From NCBI GenBank assembly GCA_013239625.1, contig MU053559.1:2958324-3022323 (forward strand): a stretch of 64,000 nucleotides of DNA, read 5' to 3'. The position numbers and the translations under genes are program-made. The number at the start of each line of letters is the position of its first letter. The first letter of the stretch is position 1. Below the pieces are notes generated by a model. It searched no databases. It saw nothing but the letters and a program-made list of their open reading frames with translations, and had not been told where the DNA came from. Of this stretch, positions 48,778 through 63,132 are shown piece after piece. This DNA is from Lama guanicoe. Lineage: Eukaryota.

Positions 48778-49374
48778 GGCCTTATTTTTCCCTGACCTCC
48801 TAGGGTCACTATCTGTGAGGGAGGTATGGTTTTTGCCTAACTCAGGAAAGGCTGGGGGCCCTATTCCAGAACAATCATGGGCGGCCAGAGACCCCATGGA
48901 CCAGCTTTAATGGGCTCAGTGCTTCAGGACTGAGGACTAGGTCCGCAGGCGCTGAGGACAGGCATGCAGCCCGCAATCTGAGGACATGGCCAAGGCTGGC
49001 ACGTGGCATCAGAAACTCTGTGAATAACAGTTAACTCTGGAACGTGCCATAGAGTCCTGGCTAGTCACCCATGTTCTTTGTTGATGGATCCCAGTGGATT
49101 CAAAGCCATAGTGTGTCTTTCTCATAGAGCTTTCTTCTGAGCATAACTTCTGTGGTTTCGGATGCTGCTAGAGGAACTTCTGTGAAGCCAGAGGAAATGC
49201 ACTTAACACCTCACGCACTGATTTTTGATATACTGATTATGAATTCACACTAGATTTTCCTTCCTCTAGCCAAGCAGACATCTTATAAATTTATAATTTT
49301 TCCATATTGACCGCTATTTGTGCTTGTCAATTTCATTAACCACTGAGAGTGAGCAGGTACCCAGGAATATACCT

Positions 49375-49825
49375 TTATTCGTTTTCCTGAGGCTGTTGTA
49401 ACAGATTACCACAAATGTGGTGGCGTAAAACAACAGAAATTTGTTCTCTTGCAATTTTGGAGACCAGAGGTCTGAAATTTGGCCGGGCTGTGCTCCCTTG
49501 TAGGGGCTCCAGGGGAGAATCTGCTCCTTCCATCTCCTGATGGCTGCTGGCCTTCTTGCACTTGTGGCTACATCACCCCAAACTCTGCCTTCGTCTTCAC
49601 AGTGTCTTGACATCACCTTCTCTGTATCTGTGTTATTGCCCATTGGCTCTCACTTATAAGGACACGTGGGATGGCATTTAGGATCCATCCTGATAATCCA
49701 GCATTGTTGCTTCATCTCAAAATCCTTAATCACATCTGCCAAGATCCTTTTCCAAATTAGGTAATACTGACAAATTCCAGGGATTAAGACGATATCCTTG
49801 GGTGAACATTCGTCAACCTACTAGA
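49375..49825 (-). mobile_element. MLT1C/D-like MaLR LTR
   Basis: ggctgttgtaacagattaccacaaa...cttataaggacac...atccttaatcacatctgc. Confidence 0.85.
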
Positions 49826-50619
49826 ATCCCGTATGAGTTGGTCCCTTCCTCTCTCACATAAGAGTTAAAACTGTTTAGAAAAGTCCAGCCACAGAGACCC
49901 TTAGGATGGAAGGAAGAAAATGATTTAGAAAAGTTTATTGAGGGACGGAGAAAGCAGGAATTCTTTGCAGTCAATGGGGAGAGATTAATATAAACTCAAT
50001 GAGATTGGAGTCCTGGTAGAGGAACACATTCTATGTCAGCCAGTTTATTAGATTTTCTTTTTAAAAATATCAGCCTGGGTGTTAACTAGACTAATTGTGG
50101 TGATCATTTTGCAATATATACACATACCAAACCAGTATGTTGTACATTTGAAAATAATACAAGGTTAAATGTCACTTATGTCCCAATTAAAAATATGTAT
50201 CATATCACCAGACAAGATACTCAAAGACTTTACATGATCTCATCCACTCATTTTTCTCCTATAACTTTATTTGAAAATGTATATTGGCTTTTGAAACATT
50301 CGTATTTTGCCTTTGTCCAGAAGTGGACCTTTTCAGGAAGAAAAATCGTTACGTCTAGTTGACTAAAAATAAGCATAAAAAGATTTACTTTCCCCTTTAA
50401 AAGGTCTAAAAGAGGATTTTTTAGTATGTACCGAATTCTGTTAGATTCTAAGGAAAATAAAATCAAAATTTAAAGTAAGTGAAAACATTCTGTGGCTCAA
50501 GCACTCTCAGGTGCTCTTGATCAGTGCTTTGAAGCTGGTTCTTTGACCTTGGATGAACCACATAATCCTCTGAGTCTTAGTTTCTTGGTCCTTAAAGTCA
50601 GAAAGCCTGGTTTAAATTT

Positions 50620-51372
50620 TTTTTTAAATTTTTAGTTGTGGTATAAAAAAACACATAAATAAAGTTGACCATCTTAACCATTTTTAATTTTCTTTTTATT
50701 TATTAATTTTTTAATCGAAGTACATAGTCAGTTTACAACGTTGTGTCAATTTTAACCATTTTTAAAAAGTTTTCTCACGTTGACTGTATTTACATTTTTA
50801 TGCAACAGATCTCCAGAACTTGTTCATCTTGCAAATCTGAAATCCTGTATCTGAACAGTAACACCCCTTTTACCCCTCCCCTCAGCCCCTGGCAACCACT
50901 ATTCTACTTTCTGTTTTTAAGACTTTGCCTACTTTAGATACCTCGTTTTAGTGGAATCATACAGTATTTGTCCTTTAGTGACTGGCTTATTTCACTTAAT
51001 ATAATGTGTTCAAGGTTCATCCATGTTGTACCGTGTGACCGGATTTCCTTCTTTTTCACTCCTGGCTTGCTTCCACCTCTTGATTGTTATGAATAACACG
51101 GCAATGAACACAAATGTGGAAATATCTTTTCGAGACCCTGCTTATTTTGCATATATACCCAAAAGTGTGATTGTAGGATCATATGGTAATTTTATTTTTA
51201 ATTTTTTGAGGACCCTCTATATCGTTTTCCTTTGAGACTGCACTGTTTTACATTCCTACCAACAGTGCACAAGGGTTTCAATTTCTCAACATCTTCATGA
51301 ACATTTATTTTCTGTTTCTTTGATAGTGGCCATCCTAATGGATATGAGGTGATATCTCACTGTGGTTTTGAC
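50620..51372 (-). mobile_element. L1MB/MA-type 3' end with a 64-bp young L1 insert (50688-50751)
   Basis: Insert flanked by the 14-bp TSD ttaaccatttttaa. Confidence 0.85.
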
Positions 51373-52249
51373 TTAAGAGGGCCTGATGTTTAAAAAGTAA
51401 TGATCATCTCAACACATTTTCATAATACACGCAAAATGTTTGGCACAATGCCTGGAATACAGACAGGACTTGTGCACTGAATGGTGATTATTGATCATGT
51501 CATCTTCCGTCATGGTCCAAGCATTGTGCTGGAGGCTTGAGATTCATAAAAAGGAGGACCCAAAGCTCTTGCTCTAAAGAAGCTAGGACAGTATACATGG
51601 AGAATATACTGGGGCTCTAAAACCAAAAAAAAGAAATTCAAGTATTGTGAAGATGAAAAAAAAGTAGCTCCATTAAAGACAAAATTGATTAAAATCAAAA
51701 CCAATATATTTAAGGGTGAAATGTGAGCTGTTATGAAGATAATCCAAGAAAAAGGAAGTCTTTTAATATAGCTACCTGCAAGTTAAAAAAGCAGAGTTAA
51801 ATTTTTATATGCAGTGCAAGATTCATCTTGAATATAATGTATATGGCAAATTGGAGGTTAATGTCTGTAGCCAAAATAACAGTTAGCAAAAGTCATTAAT
51901 TTTCTTTAGGTTTGAATTTATATCGTTAAGATGAATACTTTCCTGGCTCTAAGATATCTTTATTTGGAAAAAAAATATACATACCATACCAGATAATAGC
52001 AAGTGATAAAACATTATGTACTGTAAGATATTTTTAAAGTTAATGATGAATAAGCAAGTTGGTCATTTGCTACATGAAAGACATCAGTTACTTTTACAAT
52101 TTTTAAATATTGACCAGGTATTACTTTGTAAATTAGAAACCACAATAAAGATACTGAAAAGTAATAAGTTAATTCCCAGGAAAGAAACCAGCAATATTTT
52201 TATGCAAAACACTTATGAAAAATATTTGTTTTACAAATTAAAGACAAAT

Positions 52250-54760
52250 GTCTAGCAGGACTGATCAAGAAAAAAAAAATGAGTGAAAGAAAATTGGGAT
52301 GAAAAGTTATTATTAAGTTACTGTAGAAATTTAAAAATAGTAAGATAATACTGTTAAATTTGTGCCAATAAATTAAAGAACATATAAAATGGATAATTAT
52401 GTATGTTTATCTACATACACACACACACACACACACAAAGTTGATTTAAGAAGAAATAGAAAACTTGAGTGGACTACTAACCAATTTAATTGGTAATAAA
52501 ATCTATCTGCCTCCACCAAAATCTCAGGTTAAGACAGTTTTACAGGTGAGTTTTATAAAATCCCCCAAATTCATTTTATGCAAGCTATATTAGAGAATAG
52601 AAAATGAGAGAGAGCTACGTAATTTATTTTATGAGGTATAAGAAAAATTATAGACTAATCTTACATCTAATTGTGGATTCAAAGTCTCTAAATAAAAGAA
52701 TAAAAACTTCAACGCCACCCTACATAAAAAAGTAATATATTATGACTATGTAGGCTTTATGTCAGGATTGCAAGTGTTCAAAATCAGAAAATTTTATCAA
52801 TGGAATTCATATTAACAGAGTGAATTGGAAGAGCTATATGGTCATGTTAGTTGAAAAGGCATATGATAAAATTTAACACTGACGCAGGGTCAAAATTTAT
52901 AGGAAACTGGGAATATAAGGGAATGGTCTTAACTTGAAAAACCTAGAGCAGGCTTCCTGTTTAATGGTGAAATTGAAGAAGCATTAACTTTTAAACAAGA
53001 CAAATATGCCCATTATAACCACATCTATTCCAAATTGTATTAGTGTCCTAACCAATGAAACAAAAAAGGGAGAGTAATTAGGAGGCATGGACTGCCAAGG
53101 GAGAGAAATGGTGCTGTTATTTGTAGACAACGTGATTTGTCTAGATCGAAAATCGAAGGAAATCTATTGAGTTAGTAAGAAACTTTAGCAAGATTGCTGA
53201 ATACAAAATCAATATATAAAACAACAATAATATTTCTAAGCCCAATAATCAATTATAAAATGTAATTGTACAAAATATAGCATTTATAATAGCAAAAAAA
53301 AATTAGAAGAAAAAATACTAAACATTATTAAAAGACAAAAAGACCCATATTAAATCTCCACTTATGATATTTAAGAATTCTATAACTCAGTTTTTTAAAG
53401 ATAATTCTATGAATATCACAGTTCATCAATTATAAACACATCTTTTTAAGCATCTCCAAGATTGGGATGTGTCTAAAAACCAATAGTTTCTTACGTCTTA
53501 TTCCCCAGGATAGGTTATGTTGTAGCTGTCATTGCCTGAGTGTGAATAAACTTTTGTTCATATTCTTGTCCCTTCCATTGAGTTTCTTACATTTTTGGAT
53601 GACATGTGTTGAGTTTAATGGCTGTTTAAAATGTCCTAAAATGGTAATATTATTTAACGTTAAAATGAAAATTTACTGTGTGCACAGGAAGGCACAGAAA
53701 CGGAGCAGGGGGCATCAATTTGATATCAAGGAAGGAAATCTCTTTTATTAGGAGAATGACTGAAATTGCATATTTTCTTGCAAAGAACAGTCAAGGACCT
53801 AAGAAAAGGAGATACTCACAGGTAGGTGACGAAGAACGTTTCAGAGACAGCAGTGGATGGACTATTCTTATAATAAATGCTGCATTACCAATCTCCTTGA
53901 TGGCCCAGAAGCTATCATTGTGTGGAAAAACACAGATACTGAAGTTTTATAGTGATTCAGAAAAGTCAGACTCTGAATGCCAAGAAGTTTTAGGGATATC
54001 TTAACCAATTTCTTTCACTTACATTTTCATTTCTATGGACCCACAAGAAAAAATATATAATGAAAGTATGTATCTAAATAAGTCTATGGAAGCTTTTTCA
54101 ATACGTATAAAATAAAAAGCCTAAGTTGATAAGAAAGCATTATGTCATAGTTTAATGGGAAGCAATTTTTCTTCCTTAGTGGCACATAAAATAATGATGT
54201 GTCTTACAATCTATGGCATTGCAGAATAGATGAAATCTACAAATGCGATGCAATTTTAAACAAAACTAAACATGAATTTACTTGGAACTTGACAACCCAA
54301 TTCTAAAACTCATATGAAAGATTAAAGGTAAAAGATGGAATATATCGGGAACAAATTACAGAGGGTTTTGCGGCTCAGGGTAAAGGATTTAGACATTTTT
54401 CTAAGTGTGGTGAAAACTGATTGATGCTTTTTGAGCAAGTTAGTGCTCATTTACAATTACAGAAAATTACAGTAAAGAGCATAAATTCTCCTCTCTGCAA
54501 TGAGTACATTTTATAGAAATACTGCAAAAATCTCCCAAAGAACAAGGAAGTGAAATTTGCCCTACCAAATATTAAGATGTACTACAAAGCTATTGTAAAA
54601 TAAGCCAGTGTGCTAATAATCAGAGATAGATAAACAGATTGATTGAACATAGTAAACACAGACCCAGACAATTACGGACATTTGACATATAGCAGAGGTA
54701 GCATTATAAATCCGAAGCGAAAGGCAGACCTGATACTGGGGCAACTGGGACAAAGTTGAA
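52250..54760 (+). mobile_element. Old L1M ORF2 fragments, split by Kanga1
   Basis: Colinear degenerate ORF2 motifs (gactgatcaagaaaaaa; gcaagattgctgaatacaaaatcaatata). Confidence 0.65.
53415..54240 (+). mobile_element. Kanga1/MER104-like Tc2 transposon deletion derivative
   Basis: MER104-type ends (gggatgtgtct; cttagtggcacataaaataatgatgtgtcttacaatc) and a decayed N-terminal HTH (RHRNGAG..., HQFDI, GPKKRRYSQV). Confidence 0.7.
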
Positions 54761-55111
54761 TAAACCCATGCTCTCAACAAATTCCCTTCACTGATAGAAA
54801 CCTAAAGAAGTCCTCATTCACATATACAGGGGAAAATGCTTAAGGATGTACGTTTCTCATATTAGCTAACATTGGAAACCTCGTTTATCACAGTCCCCCT
54901 TCATTACCTTCAGTATAAAACTTCATATGTAGTATGAGAACCTTACATGACACTCCTTTTTCTCCCGTACAGCCCGATGTGCTATGGCTGTCATATATCT
55001 GACTTTTACATGTTATAAAACCCACAACATACTGTTTTCATTTTTGCTTTGAACAGCCAAGTATCTTTTAAAGTTATTTAAATAAAGAAAACAGTCTTTC
55101 ATGTTTACCGC

Positions 55112-55604
55112 TGTGATAGGCAGAATATTGGCCCCTGCAAAGATGTCCCATGTCCTAATTTCCAGATCCTGTGAATATGTTAGTTTACTTTGCAAAAGAG
55201 ACTTTGTAGATATGATTAAAGATAAGGACCTTGAGATGGGGAAATTATCATGGGTTATTAGGTGGGCTCAAATCTACTCACATGAGTCTTAACAAATGGA
55301 AGAGGGAAGCAAAAGAGTGAGTCAGAGAAATGGCAGTGTGAGGAGGACTCTGAGCCATCCCGGGTTATGTGCAAGGACTGGAGAACTCTAAGAGTTAAGG
55401 GTCCCTTGCTATAGTCAGAAAAGAAATGAATTCTTCCCTAGAGCCCCCAGAAAGAACACAGCCCTGCCGATGCACTGATTTTAGCTCAGTGGGACATGTG
55501 TCACACTTCTGATCTACAGAACTGTAAAATAATACATTTCTATTGTTTCAGGCCACCAAGTTTGTGATGGTAATTTGTTATAGCAACAATGGAAAACTAG
55601 TACA
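55112..55604 (+). mobile_element. MLT1D/E-like MaLR LTR within an antisense L1 ORF1-region fragment (~54880-55900)
   Basis: tgtgataggcagaata...gatgtcccatgtcctaatt...ggaaaactagtaca. Confidence 0.85.
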
Positions 55605-55929
55605 CCCCCATCGAGGTACATATACATACATATATATCAATAATTATATATAAAATTTATATATGTATAAAATGTATATTGTTCTTCATTCCTTTGTGTA
55701 GATCCAAATTTCCATCTAGTATTATTTCCCTTTTCCCTGAAGGACTTTCTTTAACATTACTTGTAGTGCAGATCTGCTGGTAATGAATTCTTTCAGGTTT
55801 TGTGTGTTTTAAAAAATCTTTATTTTGCCTGAGCTTGTGACAGTTATTCTCAATCAATATAATATTCTAGTACTTTAAAGATGTTGCTCCACTGTCTTCT
55901 ACCTAATATATCTTTCCCCTCCACCCTCG

Positions 55930-57600
55930 GCAGATAAATAGGAGAAAATATTTGTGATCTTAGATGAAGGAAAGCTTTCATAGATACAGCACCAAAGGCA
56001 CCATCCAAAAATAATGATCTATTGTACTTCATCAAAATTAAGAACTTCTGTTCTTCCAAAGACATAGTTAAGAGGATGAAAAGATAAGACATGGACTGGG
56101 AGAAAATATTTGGAAATCACATATCTGATAAGGATTTGTATTCTGAACCTATAAAGCACTCTCAAACCCAATAATGAGACAAACAATCTGATAAAACAAT
56201 AGGCAAAAGCTTTGAACAGACACTTCCCCAAAGATACAGAGCTGGCAAGTAAGTGCATGAAGAGATGCTCAAAATCATTAGTTATTAGAGAAAACCACAA
56301 TGAGATATCACTATTACATATTAAATTGTCTAAAATGCAAAAGAAAATCTGTCCATACCAAGTATTGACAAGGATGTGAAGAAACCGGAGCTCTCATACA
56401 CTGCTGTTGGGAATGTTGAATTATACAACCACTTAGACAACGGTTTGGCAATTTCTTACAGAATTAAACCTATGCGTACCATATGACCCAGTAACACCAT
56501 TCTTAGCTATTTACCCACAAGAAATGAAAGCTTGTGTCCACACAAAGACTTGTGCATAGATGCTTTATTTGTAAAAGCCAAAAACTAGAAACAACCCAAT
56601 TATCAATGAACATGTGAATGGATAAACAAATTGTAGTCTAACCATACAATGGAATACTAGTTAGTCATAAAAAGAAATGAATTATAAGCAACATGAGTGA
56701 ACCTCAACGTAACTATGTTGAGTGAAAGAAGCTAGACACAAAAAAAAGAGTAAATACTGTCTTAATTCCATTTATATAAATTCTAGAAAATGCAAACTAA
56801 TCAATAGTAGTATCAAGGAGATCAGTGATTAATGGGGGCTGAGGGCGGGGTAAGAGGGATGGAAGGGATAACACAGGAGCACAAGGAAATGTTCAGTGAT
56901 GATATGTTCATTATTGCTTGTAATGATATAGCAATGGTTTTATAAGTGCCATCTCTTATCAGTGAAAACTCACCAATTTATACATTTCACATAATGCAAT
57001 CTATTATATGTCAATTATATCTCAATAAGGCAGTTAATAACAAGCAAATGCCAAAAATGATACCATTTCAGATCCATTAGTTTGACAAAAATACAAACCA
57101 TATGTTAGTGAGAATTTGGAAAAAATAAACTTTTACACTGGTGGTGTGAAGATAAAATGGTACAAACACATTCCAGGACAATTTGACAATGTATAGTAAA
57201 ATTTTAAATGTTAGTCATTTAAGATTCAGAAATTCGGCTTCTAGGACTAGAATCTAGAGAAACTCATCACACAAACACTAGGATATGCAGTCGTGAACTG
57301 GTCAATATGTGACTGCTGGCTCTCCAGGGGAATAAAAAGCCCTGTTTTCTAACATTGTAGATTTCTCTGCTGTAAACACAGTGTGGTTGATTTCTAGCTC
57401 CCGACATTAGTGACTGCAGAGTTGAGAAGGGACACATAAGCCAATTAAATGTCCATCAATAATGGAATGGATAAACAAATGTAGTGTTCTGGTACAATGG
57501 GGCATATAGATGTATCTCAATCATATACTATTGAGAGAAAAATGGCAGTGGTACTATATGTACAGTGTGATACCATTTATGTAAATCTAAAAATTCATGA
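55930..57600 (+). mobile_element. L1MB/ME ORF2 ends and 3' ends, with a MER63-like fragment at ~57288-57435
   Basis: gagaaaatatttggaaatcacatatctgataagg; ggctctccaggggaataaaaagccctg. Confidence 0.75.
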
Positions 57601-57608
57601 GATACTAG

Positions 57609-57953
57609 TGTCTTGGTCCATTTGGGCTGCTATAACAGAACACCTTAGACTGGGTGACTTATAAACAAGGCAGATTTCTTTCTCAGAGTTCTGGAGGCTG
57701 GGAAGTCCAAGATCAAGTTACGTCAGGCTTGGTGTCTGGCTTCATAGATGGCCGTCTTCTTATTGTGTCCTCATGTGGCAGAAGGGGTGAGGGACCTCTA
57801 TGGAGTCTCTTTTATAAGAGAGCTAAATTGATCCCATTCATGAGGGCAGAGCCTAATCACTTCCCAAAGACCTTACCTCCTAATACCATCACTTTGGGGG
57901 TTAGGATGTCAACAAATAAATTTTGAGGAGACATCAACATTCAGTTTACAGCA
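57609..57953 (-). mobile_element. MLT1A-like MaLR LTR
   Basis: TG...CA termini; TSD a(c/a)tag. Confidence 0.85.
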
Positions 57954-58074
57954 AATAGCATGCATTGCACATCAGTAAACATATCCGTAAGAAAGTTACT
58001 TAAACATGGGAGCAAGGACCAAATTCCTGATGGTGCTGACACTTGGGGTGGGAGGAGCTAGGGTAAGACTGGCG

Positions 58075-58678
58075 TGTTATTTATTGCTGTATAACATTAT
58101 TACCATAAACCCAGTGGCTTCAAATTACACACACTTATTTTGTCACAGTTTCTGTGGGTCAGAAGTCTGGGCATGGCTTAGCAGGGTCCTCTACTCAGGG
58201 CCTCATAAGCTACAATCATGGTGTTTGCAGTGTTTTTTTTAAAATTAGATTATAAGGTTTATTTGTTTGTTTGTTTGTTTGTTTTTAATGAAGGTACTGG
58301 GGATTGAACCCAGGACCTCCTGCATGCTAGGTACGCACTCTACCACTGAGTTGTACCCTCCCACTGCGGTGTCTTAACTAGACGCTTGACTATGGAAGCA
58401 TTCCCTTCCACGCTCACGTGGTGGCGGCAGTATTGAATTCTGTGTGGCTGTAGGATTCGTGGCAGCCTGCTTCTTCAAAGGCAGCCATGGGGGAGAGAGG
58501 CTCCTCTAGAGAGGCTGCTGCAAGATGGAGTTATATAATATGATGTCGTGGCAGGAGGGATGTCTCATCACCTTTGCCATAGGACACAAGTCACAGGTCC
58601 TACCCACACTCAAGGGCAGGGGCATACATGGGAGGTGAGGATCATAGAGGCCTGTGCTGGAGTCTTTCTGCTGCAACT
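58075..58678 (-). mobile_element. MLT1F/G-like LTR hosting a Vic-1-like SINE (~58234-58363)
   Basis: ttattgctgtataaca...tcacagtttctgtgggtcag; SINE ggattgaacccaggacctcc. Confidence 0.8.
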
Positions 58679-59654
58679 GGGATGAGAAACAAGATCTTAA
58701 GCTTTATCTGCAAAGATTTACTTCTTTTGTTTTTTAAAAGTGTCTGAAACAAAAGAAGGAAACTGAACAGCAACATACACTGTACAAGCAATAGGAAGCA
58801 GCATAATGAAATTTCAGAGGGATGAAAAGGAGCACACCTAATAGAAAATATAAGTGTTTTATGTGGATTTAAAAAAAAAAGTCTTACACCATAAACCATT
58901 GCTATTTAGGAAGTGATCTTTTACGGTGATAGAGATTTTTTTGTTGTTTAATTTTCTGACATGGCTTATTAACAATACGTGAGACATCTTGGCTTACATT
59001 TTTCAGACTCTGATTCCCTCAGGGCAGGGGCCATCTCTGCTTTTGTTTTTGTTTTAATTGCTGTATAGTTAAATTAAGCCATCTTTCAGTAGGTGACCCT
59101 GTAAAGCAATTTTTATTTTGGATGGATTTCATAATTCCTTCCAGTCTATTGACTCACAAATCTTGCATCTGCTGCCTGGGTTGTAGTTATAGCTATGTGT
59201 TGGCATAAAATGTAGAAACCATTTGATATGAATTTTGCCATTGTATTTGAGTTTTAATTTCATTTTTCCTTTGGGTAGAAATGAAATTCTTTAGCCTAAT
59301 AAGCAAAGTGTTACTACTGCCTTCTCAGGAGCCAAATATAGCCTTCTTTTAATTTGTTTACAATCTGAAACTCAAGATGACAAAATGGATCTTTGTATCT
59401 TCTATGTTTATTACATCTGTCGTCACAATGCAGTCTGCGTTTACGGAAAACACAAAACGTCTTGTTGCATTAGAAGCAAAACAGCATGACATACAATGTC
59501 ACTTCTGATTTAAAATTCTATTGTTTTTCAACTTTTCTTCATTAGTATGTTAGTATAATCTTTTTTTTTTAGAGAAAGGGGATATAAAATTTTACCTATC
59601 CATTTTTTAAGTATTTCTTATATACATTGGATTAGACATAGAAATAGAGAAAGC

Positions 59655-60020
59655 AGGGGGAGGGATAAATTAGAGGAGTTCAGGATTAGCAGATACAAAC
59701 TACTATATATAAAACAGATAAATAGCAGGGAGGGTGTAGCTCAAGCGGTAAAGTACATGCTCAGCATGCACAAGGTCCCGGGTTCAATCCCCAGTACTGC
59801 CACTAAACAAATAAATAAATAGATCTAATTACCTAAACACCCCCCCCCAAAAAAAACTTAAAATAGATAAACAGCAAGGACCTACTGTATAGCACAGAGA
59901 ACTACATTCAATATCTTGTAATAATGTATCATGCAAAAGAATATATATATGTATAACTGAATCACTATGCTGTACACCAGAAATGAATACATTGTAAATC
60001 AACTATATTTCAATTAAAAT
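59655..60020 (+). mobile_element. L1 3' end hosting a Vic-1-like SINE (~59727-59858)
   Basis: SINE TSD aaaa(c/t)agataaa(t/c)agc. Confidence 0.85.
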
Positions 60021-60681
60021 ATATATACATAGAATGCATCAAACCACATTATAGTTAGAATATAGCTCCACTGCCAAAAGGGAAACAATTATTTAATAAA
60101 TTTGTAATTCTCTGATGAAGGAAGAAATCTGCTGGTTGAATCAGTTACTAGTTTTCGTGAATATCTACTTAACTAAGTAGTTTCTGGGTTTTTTTTTTTT
60201 TTTTTTTTTTAGAAGGCCAGAAACTAGTGCATTCTCTCATTGGGAAGGCTGTTGTTAAAGATAATATTTGCTCACAGCATAATAGGCCTTCGCCACAGAA
60301 ACTGTAATGTTATGATCAATGACCTGTTTTACAAACGGATCATCACTTAACACATCAATATGGAGGTCCTACACAATGGGAAACATAAATGTGAGTGAGA
60401 CACAGCTTGCCCTAAAGAAGTTTATAATCTAGCAAGGAGAGGAGGTACATACCTAATGACAACACAATGATAACAGTTGCAGGAAAGACAGAAACAAGAA
60501 GAGTGATGTAAAAGTTCAGAAGAGACAGAGACGTAATGATAGCCATGTGTTTACTGAGTATTTTTTATGCACGTTGTATCTTACAATGGTCATTACTAAT
60601 ACTAATACTCTAATAATAATACTCATAGATATGAATTGAATACTTACTCTATGCCAGGCACTGTTCTAAGCATAATATGTG

Positions 60682-63132
60682 TGTAGGGGATCAGAGGATA
60701 CCAGCCCAAAATATGCCATTTTGGCATAGGGATTATTCTGAGCTGAAGGTAATTGAGAAACTGTACAGGCCTGGAAAAAAGCTCTCTGCTCTCTCCATTT
60801 GCCTAAAAGTAGTTTCAGATTCCTTTTTTTTTTTTTAATTGAAGTAGAGTTGATTTACAATGGTTGTGTTAGTTTCTGGTGTACAGCATAGGGATTCAGT
60901 TATACATATACATCTATTCTTTTTCATATTCTTTTTCATTATATGTTATTGCAAGATATTGAATATAGATTCAGTAGGACCCTGTTGTTCATCTATTCTG
61001 TATGTAGTAGTGTGCATCTGCTAATCCCAAACTCCTAATTTATCCTCCACTCAGTTTCACCTTTGGTAACCATAAGTTGTTTTCTAAGTCTCTGAGTCTG
61101 TTTCTGTCTTGTAAAAGGTTCATTTGTATCATATTTTTAGATTCCACATATAAGTGATATCATATGATATTTGTCTTTCTCTATCTGACTTACTTCACTT
61201 AGTATGATAATCTCCAGGTCCATTCATGTTGCTGCAAATGGCATTATGTCATTCTTTTTTATGATTGAGTAGTATTTCATTGTGTGTGTATATATATCCA
61301 CACAACTTCCTTATTCAGTCATCTGTCAATGGACATTTTAGGTTGCTTCTATATCTCGGCTATGGTAAATAGTGATGGTATGGACATTGGGGTGCATGTA
61401 TCTTTTCAAGTTAGTTTCCTCTGGGTATATGCCCAGTAGTGGGATTGCCAGATTATATGGTAAGTCTATTTTTAGTTTTTTAAGGAATCGCCATACTGTT
61501 TTCCATAGTGCCTGTGCAAAATTATATTCCCCCTAACAGTGTAGGAGGGTTCCCTTCTCTCCACACCCTCTCTAGCATTTATTGTTTGTGGACTTTTGAA
61601 TGACCATTCTGACTGGTGTGAGGTGATACCTCATTGTAGTTTTGATTTGCATTTCTCTGATAATTAGCAATATTGAGCATTTTTTCATGTGCCCATTGGC
61701 CATTTGTATGTTTTCATTGAAGAATTGCTTGTTTAGGTCTTCTGCCCATCTTTGGATTGGGTACTTTGTTTTTTTGTTATTAAGTTGTATGAGCTGTTTA
61801 TATATTCTGGAAATTAAACCTTGCTCAGTTGCATTGTTTGCAAATGTTTTCTCCCAGTATGTAGGATGTCTTTTTGTTTTGTTTATGGTTTCCTTTGCTG
61901 TGCAAAAATTATGTTTGATTAGGTCCCATTTGTTTATTTTTGCTTTTATTTCTATTGCCTAGCTAGACTGTCCTAGGAGAACATTGCTAAGATTTATGTC
62001 AGAGAATATTTTGCCTACGTTTTCTTCTAGGAGGCTTATAGTGTCTTATATTTAACTGTTTAAGCCATTTTGAGTTTATTTTTGTGTGTGGTGTGAGGGA
62101 GGGTTCTAACTTCATTAATTTATGTGAGGCTGCCTAGCTTTCCCAACACCACTTGCAGAAGAGACTGTCTTTTCTCCATTGTTAATTCTTTCCTCCTTTG
62201 TCAAAGACTAATTGACCATAAGTGTGTGGGTTTATTTCTGGGCTCTCGATCCTGTTCTACTGATCCATATGTCTGTTTTTGTGCCAACATCACACTGCTT
62301 TGATTACTGTAGCTCTGTAGTATTGTCTGAAGTCTGCGAGGGTTACTCCTCCAGACTCTTTCTTTTCCTTCAGTAATGCTGTGGCAATTCTAGGTCTTTT
62401 GTGGTTCCATATAAATTTTATTATGATTTGTTCTAGTTCTGTGAAATATGTCCTGGGTAATTTGATAGGGATTGCATTAAATCTGTAGATTGCCTTGAGC
62501 AGTGTGACCATTTTAACAATATTGATTCCTCCAATCCAGGAGCATGGGATATCTTTCTATTTATTTAAATTATCTTTAATTTGCTTTATCAATGTTTTAT
62601 AGTTGTCAGCATATAAATAAGTCTTTCACTTCCTTGGTTGAGTTTATTCCTAAGTATTTTATATATATTTTTTGACGCAATTTTAAAAGGAATTTTTTTT
62701 TACTTTCCTTTTCTGATATTTCATTGTTAGTGTAAAGAAATGCAGCTGATTTCTATATGTTAATCTTGTATCCTGCTACCTTGCTGAATTTCTTTATCAG
62801 TTCTAATAGTTTTTGTGTAGTCTTTAGGGTTTTCTATATATAGTATCATGTCTCCTAAAGCAGGCTCAGACTCTTAATCACCTTCAATGAAGCAGCTTAT
62901 CAGCCCAGAGATTAAACTGAAAGAAATCTGGACAACAAACCTGATGGAAACAACCCTTATCTTCCAATAATTTCCCCCATGTATTTACCTTCCCACAGTC
63001 TGCAGCCCTTGGAAGCTTAAAACTCTCTTTCTTTGTCTTGTCACTTCTCTACAAATTTATTGTTCTTTGTTAAGTTGCTATCACTACCCCTGTGAGTTAC
63101 TCATCACTGAGCTTTTTTCCCTCCCTTATACA
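60682..63132 (+). mobile_element. MER34-like LTR split by a ~2-kb L1
   Basis: cccaaaatatgccattttggcatagggattattctgagctgaagg start; the LTR resumes at ~62853. Confidence 0.7.
60824..62852 (-). mobile_element. 5'-truncated L1 with ORF2 remnants
   Basis: Poly-T and 3' UTR; ORF 62290-62511 [14 protein letters not shown]...[14 protein letters not shown] is L1 ORF2. Confidence 0.95.

Noticed and set aside
51510..51776. Minus-strand open frame after a good acceptor (SYIKRLPFSWIIF...)
   Set aside because: Low-complexity T-rich translation running into an L2-like fragment, with no motif; it lies upstream of the candidate ATG.
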